Assembly: GCA_038087875.1 (NCBI GenBank)
Contig: CM075989.1
Location: 6,822,001-6,886,000 of the forward strand
DNA from: Malacoraja senta
Taxonomy: Eukaryota
Direction: 5' to 3'
Length of the DNA stretch: 64,000 nt
In this document: piece by piece, positions 47,557 to 59,253 of the stretch
How the letters are laid out: the number at the start of each line of letters is the position of its first letter
Numbering within the stretch: position 1 is the stretch's first letter
The notes under the pieces: model-generated
What the model was told of the DNA's origin: nothing
The model's input: only the letters and a program-made list of their open reading frames with translations
The model's database searches: none
Made by a program: the position numbers and the translations under genes

Positions 47557-47946
47557 CCCAGTGCAAATGTCCTGTTTTTAATAACAATGGCCAAAACAAG
47601 AGCCACTCCAACGTGGGAGATTTTGGGACAGAAACATCATTTATCATCAACTCCACTGGGTCCGAAAGGCAATCAGCACCTTGGGGTGGAGTTGTACAAT
47701 TGGACCCCAGCATTAATATGGCAATTCTTCCAGAGGGGTGCTGGATGTTGTGGGGAGTTAATCGGCTGATAAAGATTTGCCCAAATGTCAGTTGGATTCA
47801 AGAGACAGCAGATACTGGAATCCTGAGCAAAAAACAAAGTGCTGGAGGCACTCAGCAGGTCAGGCAGCATCTCTGGAGAAAAAGGATTGGTGACGTTTCA
47901 GGTCGAGACCCTTCTTCTGACAAGGGCTGTACTAAACCCTGAGTCA

Positions 47947-48842
47947 CCAAGATGGTGTCACTGCAGGAGTGGGGCACCGTTGTGTATGGCAGCTCTCCCT
48001 GCAGTCCGTCCGTTCACCTTTTTTATTTTTATTTTTAGTCCTGTCAAAAAACAAATGTTAGTTGGAGGTCTTTTATGTGGTGGGAGGGGAAGGGGGAAAC
48101 TTTATTTCCTAGTCCCTACCTGGTCGGAGAGGCGGCTTCCCTCCGAGCTGTTTCTTCGCCCCTTCCTCGCGGCCTACCATCGAGACTGGAGCGGCGTTTC
48201 CTGTCGGGACCGGCCGGGACTACAGCTTCGGCGGCGGCACAGCCCTGGGACACCAACACGGAGCGGGCGATGCCTTACCGGGTCGCCGTGCGGTAAGCTT
48301 CGGAGTGCGGTGACCGCCGACTCCAACATCGAGGAGCTGTGGCTGCGGGCGGCGCTGGATTTAAAACACCGCGGAGCCTGGGATCCGAGATCGCCGGGCA
48401 CGGAGCTCCAGCCAACGCGGCCTGAGGACTACGGGTGCCGCGGTCTCCGGGGAGGAAGCGGCCGCTCCAGACATTTTCCAAGCTGCTGAGGAATGTTCAC
48501 CCGACGGCAGTTCCAGCTTCACGGCAAAGAGGGCCTGAAAACATCGGACTGGCTGTGGAGGCCACAAATAGGCCCCGACCTTGGGTGGTCACAGAGGAAG
48601 AGGACTTAACTTTTTGTTGCCTTTCCCCACAGTGGAAATTTTTGATTCTGTTGTGGGGGGGGACGTTCTTGTTGAATTCTATAATGTGTTATGTCATTTT
48701 TCTGATTTTTAATTTTTCTATGGATGTACGGAAACGTTATTATTTCTTTTATTATTTCTTTTATGTAAAGCACTTTGGTTTCAACGCGAGTTGATTTAAA
48801 CGTGCTATATAAATAAAACTTACTTACTTACTTACTTACTTA
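47947..48842 (+). mobile_element. GC-rich non-autonomous retroposon, full length (896 bp), L2-like tail
   Basis: 8-bp TSD CTGAGTCA (47939-47946, 48843-48850); starts CCAAGATGG; tail matches the L2 tail at 1130-1203; (TTAC)n. Confidence 0.9.
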
Positions 48843-49052
48843 CTGAGTCAGTGATATCTGACTGTGAGCTTTGCCAATCTGCAAAACTTCGGCCCTTTCA
48901 ATTTCATGCTGTTAACTGCAGTTGTTGGATTCATAGTCCCTGATACTGGGTTACATTTGCACCAAAGGCAGAATGTATCCAGTTAGATGGGCAAATGTGG
49001 CTCTGGGGAGTGAGGGCCCCTAACTGGCAGTGACTTGCGTTTGCTGGTAAAT

Positions 49053-49265
49053 TTAGGGACAATTTAAATTAATACCAAACCAATTAACCTACAAGCCTGT
49101 ACGTCTTTGGAGTGTGAGAAGAAACCGAAGATCTCGGAGAAAACCCACGCAGGTCACGAGGAGAACGTACAAAATCCATACAGACAGCACCCGTAGTCAG
49201 GATCGAACCCAGGTCTCTGGTGTCGTAAAGGAAGCAACTCTACCGCTGCGCCAACGTGCTGCCCA
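49053..49265 (-). mobile_element. HE1-like SINE fragment
   Basis: Reverse complement of head and core. Confidence 0.78.
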
Positions 49266-49569
49266 CGACAGACGTGGGAGTAATGCAGTTGCACATCGTG
49301 TAGTATCATCTTTGAGTAACTCTAAACCATCTGAGTATAAACTTCTCACCAGCAGAGGATGTCTCCTGTCGTTATTGATTATTCATGCAGTATGCCATCA
49401 TATTTTGCCACTAGGACTTTGAATAATATTTTCACATTCTTTCAGTAGAAACAAAAATAAATCATAAAGGAAACTGGCAAAAAAAAACAAAGAATAGACG
49501 AGGAGAATTTATTTCAAACCTTCACATTGCGATGGTGCCAAAGACGAAGAAAATAGAAATGGTTGGATC

Positions 49570-49905
49570 ATGTATAAAATCATGAGAGGAATAGATCGGG
49601 TAGAGTCTCTTGCCCAGAGTGGGGGAAATGAGAACCAGAGGTCATCGGTTTAAGGTGAAGGGGGAAAGATTTAATAGGAATATGAGGGGTAACTTTTTCA
49701 CACAAAGGGTGGTGGTTGTATGGAATGAGCTGCCGGAGGAGGTAGTTGAGGTAGGTACTATCGCAATGTTTAAGAGGCAATTAGACAGGTACATGGATAG
49801 AACAGGTTTAGAGGGATATGGGCTAAACACAGGCAAGTGGGACTAGTGTAGATGAGACATGTTGGTCGTTGTGGGCAAGTTGGGCCGAAGGACTGTATGA
49901 CTCTA
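49570..49905 (+). mobile_element. CR1 3' fragment
   Basis: MRTRGHRFKVKGERF...FFTQRVVVVWNELPEEVV. Confidence 0.88.
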
Positions 49906-50411
49906 TTCCCCGGTTAATCAAGTTTGAGAGTCACAAAGTAACAAGAAGGTGTTTTGTGCGTAATATATCCTTGTATCTATTCTTCACATTGCATTTTTTT
50001 GGAGAGAAAGTACTCTGCTTTAATCAGGACAAATTGCTGCAGTTTCACTCTTCTCTACGCTTTAAATAGACTCATTTTACTGAGTATATTGATTGTGTGT
50101 GTTCTTCAATAACTGGTGTGATGCGTGCGCTGTGTCTGATGGGCTGACGTATTGTCAATAAATATTCTTTCCTTATTTAATGCAGCTATAATTGTGCCTG
50201 AGTAGGTGATGGTCATGAATAATAACTCCCAAACAAAAATTAAATTGGATAATAGAATGGCTGTTTTAAAGATTCCCTGGATATGACAAGGGATTGGAAG
50301 TGTCTGGGCAGCTTTCCCAAGAACCCTGGCCAGTCCTGAAGGGCCGAATGGATTCCTGGTACATTATTGGATAATTGCATAAACTTCCGTCCTCTCTTCC
50401 AACATTCCTGG

Positions 50412-51124
50412 TTAGTTTAGAGATACAGCGTGGAAACAGGCCCTTCGGCCAACCGTGTCCGCACCGACCAGCGATTCCTGCACACTAACACTATCCTACA
50501 CACACTAGGGACAATTTACAGTTATACCGAAGCTAATTCATCTACAAACTTGTATGTCTTTGGAGTGTGGGAGGAAACTGAAGATCTGCAGTTTAGAAGG
50601 GTGAGAGGGAATCTTATAGAAACATATAAAATTCTTAAGGGATTGGACAGGCTAGATGCAGTAAAAAAATGTTCCCGTTGTTGGGGGAGTCCAGAACCAG
50701 GGGTCACAGTTTAAGAATAAGGGGTATGCCATTTAGGACTGAGATGAGGAAACCCAGAGAGTTGTGAGTCTGTGGAATTCTCGGCCACAGAAGTTAGTGG
50801 AGGCCAATTCACTGGATGTTTTCAAGAGAGAGTTTGATACAGCTCTTAGGGCTTATGGAATTAAGGGATATGGGGAGAAAGTGGGAACAGGGTACTGAAT
50901 TTGGATGATCAGCCATGTTCATATTGAATGGCGGTGCTGGCTCGAAGGGCCGAATGGCCTACTCCCGCACCTATTTTCTATGTTTCAATATTTCTATCTG
51001 GGAGAAAACCCACGCAGGTCACGGGGAGAACATACAAACTCCGTACAGACAGCACCCGTAGTCAGGATTGAACCCAGGTCTCTGGCGCTGTGGGCAGCAA
51101 CTCTACCGCTTTTCCACCCTGCCA
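50412..51124 (-). mobile_element. HE1-like SINE split by a CR1 3' fragment (about 50589-50995, +)
   Basis: gaagatctg|...|atctgggagaaaacc rejoin; CR1 RRVRGNLIETYKILKG and tttctatg tail. Confidence 0.85.
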
Positions 51125-52119
51125 CCTTCCTGTTCCTGAGAATATATGCCTAGTAAAAGAATTTGTGACGTGATTGTCTTAGTAAACTACTGAAGCTAAT
51201 ACTTTTTTTTCCAAGGACTCATATAATGGCATTAGTTCAACATTTTGACTCTCAGCTCCCAGTTAATTTATCGCAGTTGACTGGGTTTCTGCTATGAATA
51301 TATTTTTCTCTCCGCTTCTTTCCTTTCTGGAGATGAGCAGTGCAGAGTACAAAAGGCTCTTGGGGAATTGGACAGGAGATATGCTTACAGTGGTTCGTGC
51401 TTGAGATACAGGCTGCTGCAGATGCTGGAGTGCTCGTGCTTTGCATTGAGCTGATGGGACAAAATGCTAATTTATCTTTACTCAATTCAGTTGCAAAAGC
51501 CAAGAGTTACGACTAAGATAGACACAAACTGCTGGAGTAACTCATGCTGCATCTCTGGAGAAAAAGGGTAGGTGACGTTTCGGGTCAGGACCCTTCTTCA
51601 GACTGCACACCAAGAGTATAACCATTGGGAAAAGCTTGCACAGAACACAATGATTTAATTTCAAAAAACAAGAATTATTCATAAGAAATAATATCATACA
51701 AAACATAAGCTGCGCAAATACTCTTCAGCCATCCTCAGTGTCTATACATTCAAGAGTGTCATACTCAGTAGTGTTTGCACCCATCTTTAAACAAGACATC
51801 CCTACCACTCTTGTGCCCTCCCTGGGGTGATCTCCCTTCCCCTGTTTGAGGGATGTCCCCACCGGACTCTGCCCCTCAATGTCCAGCAGCGGAAGGATCA
51901 TTCACTGAGGGGGGGGGGGGGGGTCGAAGACCAAGCAGTCTTCGCTCCACAGATTTATTTTTTCCCGAAAATAAGCTATTATTCAGAATAAAACACACTG
52001 CTTTATTTAACTACCATATGTATTCTGGCAGCTTACTAAACACATCCTCTGGGTCTCACAGAACTGTGGTTGTGCTGAGTTAACGGATTTCATTCAGGGA
52101 GGTGTTCCTCAATGATTCA

Positions 52120-52375
52120 ACGGTGCTTTGTGGTCACATGTACCTAGGTGCAGTGCAATGCTTTGTTTTACGTACAACCCGGTTAAAACACGAGACAGAG
52201 CGCACCTGGGCAGCACACGAGTGTCGCCAGATGACTGGCATCGCCAAAGTTACAAATGTTCACCGAACAGTCCTATCTTCTGTCCACTGCCGCACGTGGC
52301 AGCAGGCGACCCCCTGCCAAGTCCCCCCTTGCTCTCGACGGCCCCCTTGCTCAGTCCCCTGTGGACTGAGTACAC
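52120..52375 (-). mobile_element. Second short retroposon family with Rex1-like tail
   Basis: Reverse complement resembles 53560-53890 (ccgggttgta.gtaaaac, cctaggtaca.gtgac); related sequence at 35430-35600. Confidence 0.55.
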
Positions 52376-53289
52376 AGTGGCTGATGAGAGATTGGTGCTG
52401 AGCGCATGTGTAGGTGATGCTAGATAGGAGGTATATTTGGTCTGGAGGAGCTGCACATTGCATATATATGGATAGTTTGAACAGGATTAAGCCTCCTATG
52501 GAACACATTAGTACAGCACAAGAACAGGCCTTTCGGCCCAAAATATCTGTGCTGAACATGATGTGAAGACCAACCCTACTCTGGCCACATATAATCCATA
52601 ATCCCTCTATTCCCTGCATATCCATATTCCCATCCAAAAGGTCAAATCTGCCTCCATCACCCCCACCACTCGTCTAACCCTGTACAAAAGAATATTTGCC
52701 CCAAACGTCTCCTTTTAAAGTTAAGATAGACACAAATTGCCATAGTAACTCAGCGGGACAGGCGGCACCTCTGGAGAGAAGGAATGGGTGATGTTTCAGG
52801 TCGAGACCCTTCTTCAGACTGATGTCAGGGGAGAGGGAGACACAAACTTTGTCCCTCTCACTCATAAGCTATTTAATTTATGTCAGGGTGGATTGACGTA
52901 CCGTGTGTGACAGTGTGGGCAAAGCCGTCAGTGATTTACACCTCACTCAGATCCTGTGGAACAGGTTCCGATTGTCTAATATAGTTTAATGAGCAAAGAA
53001 ATGAGCTAACGTGCACATAATGGTAGAAATGTTTGCAGTTGAAATAGTGAAACAGTGTGTGGTAAGCAGATGAACAAGTGGCTTCAGTGATATATAAGTA
53101 TGGTGATATGGTTAACTTAGAGTTTTCAAGCAATGAAAATCAAATATAACTGCAGATGCTTAACATAAAACCAAAACATGAAAGGTCTTCAATCAAAACC
53201 ATTTAATGTTTCTTTCCACAGATGCCGCCGAACCTGCTGAGTTTTTCCAGCATTTTCTGCTTTTATGTTCCAGACTAATGATTGAGATA

Positions 53290-53540
53290 TGAGTCACTGT
53301 GTAGCTGGGGATTTTTAATTCAGATAATTACTGTAAATGAATCTTGAATGGAAAACGAGTTTCAGTAATAGTGAGTACGAAGATACCAGAATGTCGTTTA
53401 AAAACCCATTTCGTTCACTAATGTTCTTCAGGGAAGGAAGTCTGCTGGTTTATTCTCTGTCTGGTTTGTATGTGGATCCTAACCCTCACCAATGTGGCTG
53501 ATGCTTAATTGCCTCCAAGTGGGACAGCAAAGCCATTCGG
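53290..53540 (+). mobile_element. Ancient SINE relic with Meta-domain-like core
   Basis: aaaaacccatttcgttcactaatgttcttcagggaaggaagtctgc...tctggtttgtatgtggatcc; assigned from recalled consensus. Confidence 0.45.
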
Positions 53541-53559
53541 TTTAAGGGCAAAACCGATC

Positions 53560-53890
53560 TATGCAAACCTCGCACCACCAAGAGCGGGAGGGGCGCCGCT
53601 GAGAGCACGGGGGGACCCGCGCTGCTGAGAACGAGGAGAGAGGGCCACAAAGAACCAAGGTGGGGGGGGGAGAGAGAGACCCGGCAGGGGGGCTGCCTGT
53701 GGCCACGTGCGGTGGCAGGCCTGGTTCGCCGCTGCAAGTAGATAAGACTGTTCAATGAATCTTTTGTAACTCAGTCGGCGCCAGGAGCGCGGCAACTCTT
53801 TGTGTACTGCCCAGGTGCGGTCTGCCGGATGATTTTACCGGGTTGTATGTAAAACGGAGTTTCCCTGTACCTAGGTACACGTGACAATAA
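53560..53890 (+). mobile_element. Second short retroposon family, plus-strand copy
   Basis: Ends tgtacctaggtacacgtgacaataa. Confidence 0.55.
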
Positions 53891-54279
53891 CCACGTTTCA
53901 TTGAGTTATCACCGTGCCAACATTTTGTCAATTCATAAATTAAACAAAAACCATGAGTGTTATTTTATTGGAAAAGGTTTATTAGAAAGATAAATGTCCT
54001 GTTGTATTTAACAGACTGCAGATTTTACCCTGAATCTGATATCTGCTCAGCATGGGTGGGGGGAAGGAGGGGGGAGGGGGTAGAATGATACTTGCAAGGT
54101 AGTGTCTGAGTTGCTTTGTGACTTTTCACAACATAGAAGGCCATTTGGTCCAATGTTCAGAGAATCCCATCCCCCTGTTGTTGCCAAGTAACCTGCACTC
54201 TCTCACATGCTCATCACCTCCAAACTAATCCTCCCGTTCTCAGCTTTCTCACTCCCCTGTCTCACTCTAACCTCCCCCC

Positions 54280-54945
54280 CCCCCTGAACGTACAGCCCTC
54301 CACTCACTCTGCAACAACCCAGACTGAAGCTTGGCGATTGCTTCGCCCAACACCTCCACTCGGTTCGCAATAACCAACCTGAACTCCCTGTGGCTCCGCA
54401 CTTCAACTCCCTCTCCCATTCCGAACAACCTTTCTGTCCTGGGCCTCCTCCATGGCCAGAGTGAGGCCCACCGTAAATTGGAGGAGCAGCACCTCATATT
54501 TCGCTTGGCCAGTCTGCACCCCAGCAGTATGAAGATTGACTTCTCCAATTTTAGGTAGCCCCTGCTTTCTCCTTCTTTCCCCTACCCTTCCCAGCTCTCC
54601 CACAGCCCACAGTCTCCGCCTCTTCCTTTGTTCTTCCCGCCTCCTCCAACCCCACATCAGTCTGAAGAAGGGTCTCGATCTGAAACATAGAAACATAGAA
54701 ACTAGGTGCAGGAGTAGGCCATTCGGCCCTTCGAGCCTGCACCGCCATTCAATATGATCATGGCTGATCATCCAACTCAGTATCCTGTACCTGCCTTCTC
54801 TCCATACCCCCTGATCCCTTTAGTCACAAGGGCCACATCTAACTCCCTCTTAAATATAGCCAATAATATAGCCAACGTCGCCTATTTCCTTCGCTCCATA
54901 GATGCTGCCTCACCCGCCGAGTTTCTCCAGCATTTATGTCTACCT
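54280..54945 (+). mobile_element. Penelope 3' fragment interrupted by a CR1 tail (about 54686-54872, -)
   Basis: LGDCFAQHLHSVRNNQPELPVAPHFN; EAHRKLEEQHLIFRL; pseudo-LTR with split hammerhead motif. Confidence 0.85.
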
Positions 54946-55099
54946 CCCGTTCTCAGCGGTGAGGTTGCAGTTTCACTCGCTGTGCCACTGTGCAGTCAGC
55001 TGGTGGAGTCCGTGCTCAAATTTCCAGAGGCAGGTGTTAAAGCAAAGACCAAGTTTCCTTTTCCAAATTTGAATTCACTGACGACGCTGCCAGAGCTGG

Positions 55100-55800
55100 A
55101 CAATTTACAGATAATGGAGTCAGAGTTTAGGAGTGAGATCTTGTTCTCAACCTTGTTCTCAACATCAGGAAGACCAAGGAGCAGATTATTGCCATAAGAA
55201 GAGGGTTAGGCTGAGAATCCATGAACCTGTTTTCATCAGGTTGGTGGTGCAGTCAACAACTTCACGTTGCTGGCCGTGCATATTTCTGAAGATCTGTCCT
55301 GGACCCAGCACATTGATGAACAAAACCCATCAATGCCTCTACCTCTTGAACACTGAGGAGATTCTGGGTGTTGGCGAATACTCTCTTTAACTTCTATAGG
55401 TATATGGTATTGAGGACATTGACTTGGCTGCCTCAGCCAAGGCACGAAACGTTACCTATTTCCTTCGCTCCATAGATGCTGCTGCACCCGCTGAGTTTCT
55501 CCAGCATTTTTGTGTACCATTCCCATTTCACTGCTGCCATCACGAAGAAGGTTTAGGAGTCTGAAAACTAACGTCCAGATCCAGATCCAGCTCCTTCTCA
55601 ACAGCAATCCAGCGACTGAACACTACAGACACCACTGAAACTACAAAGTGACTTGGTTGAACGAGGGACTTTGGTCTTTTATTTTGCATTAATGTTGGTT
55701 TTTAATTTTAGTTTTTTTGTTTGTTATCTTTGAGTCCTGTACTTACAGACCAGTTATGCCGATGCAAGTAAGAATGTTACTGTTCCATTTTCAGTACATA
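55100..55800 (+). mobile_element. Decayed Rex1/Babar LINE fragment containing a Penelope terminus insert (55446-55518)
   Basis: NIRKTKE; V.ISEDLSWTQHI; Rex1-like tail. Confidence 0.55.
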
Positions 55801-55801
55801 C

Positions 55802-56110
55802 GTGCACAGTGGCGTAACGATAGCGTTGTTGCCTTACAGCGCCAGAGACCCAGGTTTCATCCTGACTACCTGCTGTGTGTACAGAGCTTGTACGTTCTCC
55901 CCGCGACAGCGTGGGTTTTCTCCGGGTGCTCTGGTTTCCTCCCACACTCCAAAGACGTACAGGTTTGAAGATTAATTGGCTTCGGTAAAAATTGTAAATG
56001 TTGTCCCTAGTGTGTAGGATAGTGTACGCGGTGATCGCTGGTTAGCATAGACTCGGTGGGCCGAAGGGCCTGTTCCTGCACTGAATCTCTAAACTAAACG
56101 AAACTAAACT
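55802..56110 (+). mobile_element. HE1-like SINE
   Basis: Head, core and (TAAAC)n tail. Confidence 0.85.
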
Positions 56111-56117
56111 AAGACAA

Positions 56118-56211
56118 GTCTGAAGAAGGGTTTCGGCCCGAAACGTTACCTATTTCCTTCGCTCCATAGATGCTGCTGCACCCGCTGAGTTTCTCCAGCA
56201 TTTTTGTGTAC
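56118..56211 (+). mobile_element. 94-bp Penelope terminus insertion carrying the hammerhead-like motif
   Basis: Identical to 11343-11436; flanked by CTAAGACAA (56109-56117, 56212-56220). Confidence 0.85.
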
Positions 56212-56437
56212 CTAAGACAATTAAACACCTTGACCTCAGCAGGTCAGGCAGCATCTGTGCAGGGAATACTCGGGGACTGATTAAAGCTTCTGTGACGTCA
56301 AAACACCATGATGTGTAAAAGGTGCAATGGAAACCTGTCAGTGGGAGTCTAATTGCAACATGGAGCTGTTGCACAGCTTAGAAGCTAGCCCGAGGTGTCA
56401 ATTATACGGCCCTCAGCACCTAAATATAGATTTAAGC

Positions 56438-56440
<3 letters not shown>

Positions 56441-56477
<37 letters not shown>
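56441..56477. repeat. (AG)n microsatellite
   Basis: About 18 AG units. Confidence 0.95.
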
Positions 56478-56478
<1 letters not shown>

Positions 56479-57007
56479 CTCATTTGTAAAGATGGTCAAG
56501 TCAGAGACAGAGGACAGGTGGGCACATTAGTGGACAAGCACCAAGCGGTGCGCGATTTGTTCACCGCACCAGCTGCTGTTTGGATGCCGTCTGCCCGCTT
56601 GTCCGCTGCCTCCTGACGGACCAGAGCCAGGACCTGGGGCAGAGTTTTGAAAACACATTGGTCCTCCTGCAGTAAATGAGGAGCCAGTCAACCTTGTCAC
56701 ACTTTTCTCTGCTTGGCTACATTACCCACGTTGGGATGACTGCAATTTTTTTTTTCCAGGATGTCTGTTGCGTTTTTAGATTTGCGAGAGGCCAACGCTA
56801 AGCTGGAAGATTAAGAGTAAATCCTCAGATCAGCAGAAGATAATAGCAATCCGCCCAGCTGTCTTACAGGAACCGCTCCCATCAGCAATACACAACGTCC
56901 ATTGAAGCAAATCACCCACAAAGCAACCTCTAACGTGGCTTTTGAAATTGAGGCCTTGCGCTGAGAATGTGGTGCACTAGCAAACCTTATACTTTACGCC
57001 CGTCTAA

Positions 57008-57708
57008 AGGGCCGGTCCCACTTGGGCGTCATTTACGCGACAGGCCGGTAGTGACTGACGCGCGACGGTCGCGCGACTATCGCGCGCAAATCACGCGTCA
57101 TCAAGCGTCAGCACAGCCGGCCGGTGCGCGTGACGTCATTAGAATACCCTGCTTCCCTATTCTGCATCATGACCATCATGGAAGAGCTACAGATTTTATT
57201 GCTACAGCAACAACAGAGACGTCTGTTAGCAGCAGCCCTCATACTTACAGATCAGCCAGGCACGAGTACAACAAGAAAGGCCAGCAAGAAACCCAGGAAG
57301 AGGTCTGTGTGGACGAGGTTAGAGGTTACATGACGAGTAAAAGGCGGGCCGACTGCGTATGGGCGGCGCGCAGCGTCGCATGTTTACGGACGTTGACGCA
57401 CGGTGACGGAACCATGCGTCACCACACGATACACATGCGACGTCGGGACGTCAGCATGCATAGCCAATGCGTCAGCGTGCGTAGCCAATGCGTCAGCGTG
57501 CGTAAGCGATACGTCACGCAGGTGGCGCGCGAGGATTTTGGTACACTACGAAATCCTGGAGCGCCGCGCGATACCGCGCGCCACTACATGCAATTCCACG
57601 CCCTACCATGCGCTATGCGCGCGTCACCCACGCGCCCCCCACGCGTCGACCAATTTTCTACATGACGCATAAATGAGGCGCAAACGACGCCCAAGTGGGA
57701 CAGGCCCT
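57008..57708 (+). mobile_element. Internally deleted PIF/Harbinger element (701 bp)
   Basis: TIRs as in 13849-14087; TAA TSD at 57005-57007 and 57709-57711; short ORF ending RKRSVWTR. Confidence 0.9.
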
Positions 57709-57997
57709 TAAAAACTGATGAAGGGTCTCGACCTGAAACATCACCCATTCCTTCGCGCCAGAAATGCTGCCTGTCCTGCTGAGTTACTCCAGCATTTTGT
57801 GGCTATCTTCGGTGTAAATTAGCATCTGCAGTTCCTTTCTACACATTTATATTTTTATGTATTTGTGTGAAAACCTTTTCTCCTTTATTTAATAGTTTTT
57901 CAACGGGAAGGAATTGTGTGAATGCATTAAATATCAGTACATGAATAACTGACAGGGTGCGGCCTCAAACAATTGACATTAGAATTTAGATTTTGAG

Positions 57998-58256
57998 ACT
58001 TTCGAGATTACAGTACGGAAACAGGCCCTTCGGCCCACTGAGTCCACGCCGACCAGAGATCACCCCGTTAGGATTATCCTACACATTAGGGACAATTTAT
58101 AATTGTACCAAGGCCAATTAACTCACAAACCAGTACATATTTGGAGTATTGGATGAAACCGGAGCACCTGGAGAAAACCCACGCGGTCACAGGGGGAACA
58201 TACAAACTCCATACAGACAGGACCCGCAGTCAAGATTGAACCCGGGTCTCTGGCGC
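57998..58256 (-). mobile_element. HE1-like SINE
   Basis: Reverse complement of B box, core and tail. Confidence 0.8.
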
Positions 58257-58390
58257 AAAATCTACTCTAAATCAACTCTACACTTCAAAGTCAAATTTAT
58301 TCGTCACATGCACCAATGAAGGTGCAGTGAAATGAATTTGCCAGCAGCGATACACTTAAAAAAAGAACACACAATACATAATAGAATTTA

Positions 58391-59253
58391 GATAGATAGA
58401 TAGATAGATAAACATTTATTGTCACATACACCAATTGGTGCAGTGAAATTTGACTTGCCATGCAGCACACAAATAAAGATAACATCCAAGAATTTAACAA
58501 CAACATAAAAACATCCCCCCACAATGGTTCCCACTGTGGGGGAAGGCAGCAAAGTCAGTCCCATCCCCAGTTCACCCATAGTCGGGCCTATTGAGGCCTC
58601 TGCAGTCGCCGCTACGGCAGCCCGATGCTTCAGGCCCTCTCGCCGGATGATGGAGCTCTGGCGTCGGGTGAACACTCTCAGCGGCCTGGAGTGTGTGGAG
58701 TGGCCGCTACCTCCCAATAGACCACGGCTCCCGAAGTCCACGAGCCGCGCTGGTCGATGCTCCGGCTCTGGCGACCTCGTCGTGAGATCCCAGGCTTCAC
58801 GGTGTTTGAAGCTCAGCGCCGCCCGCGGCTGGAAGCTCCACATACCGCAGACCGCAGCTCCGCGATGTTGGAGCCGGCGGTCACACAACTCCGGAGCTTA
58901 CTGCACGGCGACCCGGGTAAGGCATCGCCCGCTCCGCGATGGTAGTTCAGCGCTGTGCCGCCGCTGAAGCTGAAGTCCTGGCCGGTCCCGGCAGGAAAAC
59001 GCCGCTCCAGTCTGCCCGTAGGCCGCGAGAAGGGGCGAAGATACGGCTCGGAGAAAAGCCGCATCTCCGACCAGGTAGGGACCGAGAAAATAGTTTCCCC
59101 TTCCCCCCCCCCCCAACCCCAACCCCCCACATAAAAAGACTAAAGACCTCCAAAAACAAACACTTTTAACTAAGTAAAAAATTTTTTAAAGGGTGAAAAA
59201 AACTAACAGCTGCTGGCAGGGCAGCCATACTCGACGGCGCCCCAGGTGGTATC
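58391..59253 (-). mobile_element. GC-rich retroposon with Rex1-like tail, nested in an older relative (58280-58390 plus 59261-59430)
   Basis: 7-bp TSD GAATTTA (58384-58390, 59254-59260); (TATC)n tail; body similar to 47947-48842. Confidence 0.85.

Noticed and set aside
47839..48794. Many overlapping ORFs in GC-rich elements (also 8.4, 28.2, 34.8, 40.7 and 58.5 kb)
   Set aside because: Open on both strands because of high GC; frames are not conserved between copies.
51331..51510. Polypyrimidine tract plus AG followed by short open frames
   Set aside because: No recognisable protein and no convincing donor site.
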